Assembly (NCBI GenBank): GCA_024277135.1 | Contig: JAJRVV010000103.1 | Location: 1,207-65,206 of the forward strand | Direction: 5' to 3' | Source: Chloroflexota bacterium | GTDB lineage: Bacteria; Chloroflexota; Anaerolineae; Promineifilales; Promineifilaceae | Length of the DNA stretch: 64,000 bases | Shown: in pieces, positions 62,197 through 64,000 of the stretch | Position numbering within the stretch: the stretch's first letter is position 1 | How the letters are laid out: each line of letters opens with the position of its first letter | Program-made: the position numbers and the translations under genes | The notes under the pieces: model-generated | Database searches by the model: none | What the model was told of the DNA's origin: nothing | What the model saw: the letters and a program-made list of their open reading frames with translations, nothing else

Positions 62197-62931
62197 TTAC
62201 GGGGTTTGGCTGGCGGCGGCTTTGTCTAGCAGCCAGGTGAGACGGCCGGTGTGGGGTTGAATGCGGGCGGCGGGGCATTGGATGGGGTCGGGTTTGGGGG
62301 CCAGCACGGCCGTCAACGCCGCCGCCTTATTCTCCCCCGCCACCAGGAAAATAACGTGGCGGGCGTCGTTGAAAACGAGGGGGGTGAGGGTGATGCGGTG
62401 GGCGGGACGGCCGTCATAATCGGCAGTGACGGCGATGACGGGCTGACTGGTTTCTGCCGGCGGAATCGGGCCGGGGAACAGGGAAGCGGTATGCCCGTCG
62501 CCGCCCATCCCCAACAAAACCAGGTCGAATCGAGGCCAGACACGGCCGTCTTCGGCAAATTGACGCAGGAGATGAGCGTAATGGGTGACGGCCGTCGCCG
62601 CCGCTGATTCGCCCAGCACCCGGCGATAATTTTTGCCAGGAATGAGTAAATGCTCCCGCCATAGCTGCGCCACCTGCCCATAATTGCTGCCCGGATCATC
62701 AGGCGGAACCAGCCGCTCGTCCCCCCAAAAGAGATGGGTTTGCGCCCAGGGCACGGCCGCGCGATACGGCGATTGGGCCAGCAGTTCATACAACCGTTGG
62801 GGTGTGCCGCCGCCGGACAGCGCCGCCAAAAAACGGCCGCGCGCCGCTACCGCCGCCCGCGCTATCTGGGCAAACATCTCCGCCGCCGCCCGGCTCAAGC
62901 TCTCCTTGTCAGGAAAAACCTGAATGTCCAT
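62197..62931 (-). CDS. pgl: 6-phosphogluconolactonase
   Basis: LSGGGTPQRLYELLA and WGDERLVPPDDPGSNY. Start set to MDIQVF (ATG 62931). The track start at 62964 would add the repeat-encoded MKSKIRNPKSK. Confidence 0.85.
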   Translation of the reverse strand: MDIQVFPDKESLSRAAAEMFAQIARAAVAARGRFLAALSGGGTPQRLYELLAQSPYRAAVPWAQTHLFWGDERLVPPDDPGSNYGQVAQLWREHLLIPGKNYRRVLGESAAATAVTHYAHLLRQFAEDGRVWPRFDLVLLGMGGDGHTASLFPGPIPPAETSQPVIAVTADYDGRPAHRITLTPLVFNDARHVIFLVAGENKAAALTAVLAPKPDPIQCPAARIQPHTGRLTWLLDKAAASQTP

Positions 62932-62975
62932 TTTGGATTTTGGATTGCGGATTTTAGATTTCATCCTTCATCCTT
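62931..62975. repeat. AAAATCC-type array followed by GAAGGAT-type units in the glk-pgl junction
   Basis: ttttggattttggattgcggattttagatttcatccttcatcctt. Confidence 0.8.
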
Positions 62976-63949
62976 TGCATCGCGTACTCCGCCGCTCCCA
63001 ACAGCCCGGCATGGGGATGGCAGATGACGTAAATGGGCATATCGGCCAGAATGTCGCTGAAGCGGCCTTTGCGTTGAAACTGTTCCCGGAAAAACGGCCG
63101 TTGCAACTGCGATAAAATTCGGGGCGGAATGCCGCCGCCGATGTAAATGCCGCCGGTGGACAAAACCTTGAGCGCCAGATTGCCGGCCTCATCGGCCAAA
63201 ATGCTGATGAACAAATCCAGCGCTGCCAGCGCCATCGGTTCCTCTTCTTCCAACGCCGCCGCAAAAATGATCGGGGTCGGGTCTTCGGCGGCGGCGACGG
63301 CCGTGTCCAGCCAACCCGGTACGGCAAAACAGCCGCTGTCGCGCAAAAACGCATACAGATTGGGAACGCCGCTGCCGGAGCAAACCCGCTCGTAGCTGAC
63401 GTGATCAAATTGGGTTTGTAAGTAAATCAGCAAATCGCGCTGCGCGGCCGTCGTCGGCCCAAAAGAGGCATGTCCCCCCTCGGACGGATGCGCCTGGTAG
63501 GTACGGCCGTTCCAGGTCAGGAACGCCTCGCCCAACCCGGTTCCCGGCGCAATCACCGCTATCGCTCCGTCCGCTTCCGCTTCACCCGGTTTTAACGTCG
63601 CCAGATCATCCGGCTGCAAATGGGGCACGGCATTAGCAATCGCCTCTAAATCATTCAGCAAAAACACCCGCTCAATGCCAAAAACGCGCGCCAGTTCGGC
63701 GGCGTCAATCACCCAGGGCAAGTTGGTAATTTCGGCCCGGCCGGCCACCACCGGCCCGGCCACGCCAAAGCTGGCCTGGGCGATCTGGTTTTGTTCAGAC
63801 GGGGTGAGGAATTGGGCGATGATGGCGGTTAGAGAATTATACGCATCACTGGCAAACCGGGCTTCGCGCAACGGCCGTCGCGCCCCCTGCGCCGGATCAA
63901 TCAGAGCCAGCGCTGTTTTTGTGCCGCCAATATCACCCGTCAACAACAT
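62954..63949 (-). CDS. glk: glucokinase
   Basis: MLLTGDIGGTKTALALID ATP-binding N-terminus; Glk-family length and motifs (VIAPGTGLGEAF, YIGGGI). Confidence 0.85.
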   Translation of the reverse strand: MLLTGDIGGTKTALALIDPAQGARRPLREARFASDAYNSLTAIIAQFLTPSEQNQIAQASFGVAGPVVAGRAEITNLPWVIDAAELARVFGIERVFLLNDLEAIANAVPHLQPDDLATLKPGEAEADGAIAVIAPGTGLGEAFLTWNGRTYQAHPSEGGHASFGPTTAAQRDLLIYLQTQFDHVSYERVCSGSGVPNLYAFLRDSGCFAVPGWLDTAVAAAEDPTPIIFAAALEEEEPMALAALDLFISILADEAGNLALKVLSTGGIYIGGGIPPRILSQLQRPFFREQFQRKGRFSDILADMPIYVICHPHAGLLGAAEYAMQRMKDEI

Positions 63950-64000
63950 GCCCAAAATCGCCTGTAGGCGTTAAGAAAAACATTTTGGGTTTATTTCCGG

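Overview
GC-rich (roughly 60-65 % by eye) bacterial chromosomal segment with about 60 credible genes. Most are housekeeping, envelope or central-carbon functions: pgk, glgA, glk, pgl, hom, murJ, an LCP protein, rsgA, ubiX, dgt, nfo, arfB, crcB, ccdA and a Lon-like protease. There are also BrnT/BrnA and MNT/HEPN toxin-antitoxin pairs, an edge antitoxin fragment, an orphan Dam-type methyltransferase in a tight four-gene operon, and at least three decayed genes. The stand-out region is an AT-richer, all-minus-strand island at about 30.6-43.1 kb. It holds five P-loop/STAND NTPase genes: two ~1000-aa NB-ARC-like+TPR paralogues, one short STAND, and a paralogous pair, one member ending in an OmpR/PhoB-type winged helix. 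These surround a radical SAM/SPASM enzyme whose own N-terminus carries four tandem Cys-containing repeats that look like a fused substrate peptide. I see no protease, exporter, nuclease or other classical effector, and I know of no described system with this gene content. The nearest precedent is the actinobacterial FxsB/FxsT pairing, which it does not match. Other notable signals: (1) a thioredoxin-fold ORF with a single in-frame TGA exactly at the first Cys of its CxxC motif plus a downstream hairpin, a selenoprotein candidate; (2) the 8-mer palindrome ACGGCCGT at roughly 2 per kb, inside genes in all three frames, analogous to cyanobacterial HIP1; (3) many families of heptanucleotide tandem repeats (STRR-like) at gene boundaries, some of them translated; (4) a MITE-like nested inverted-repeat element in 2-3 copies; (5) a structured leader with a uORF upstream of hom; (6) two sets of direct repeats phased at exactly 11 bp that look like response-regulator/wHTH operators. 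No rRNA, tRNA, CRISPR array, transposase or integrase was recognised. The taxon cannot be determined from the window; the content (GT39, LCP, WD40, STAND/TPR, STRR-like repeats) fits a filamentous lineage such as Chloroflexota, but that is a guess. Many long ORFs in the supplied track are antisense or out-of-frame shadows of real genes in GC-rich DNA and are not called.
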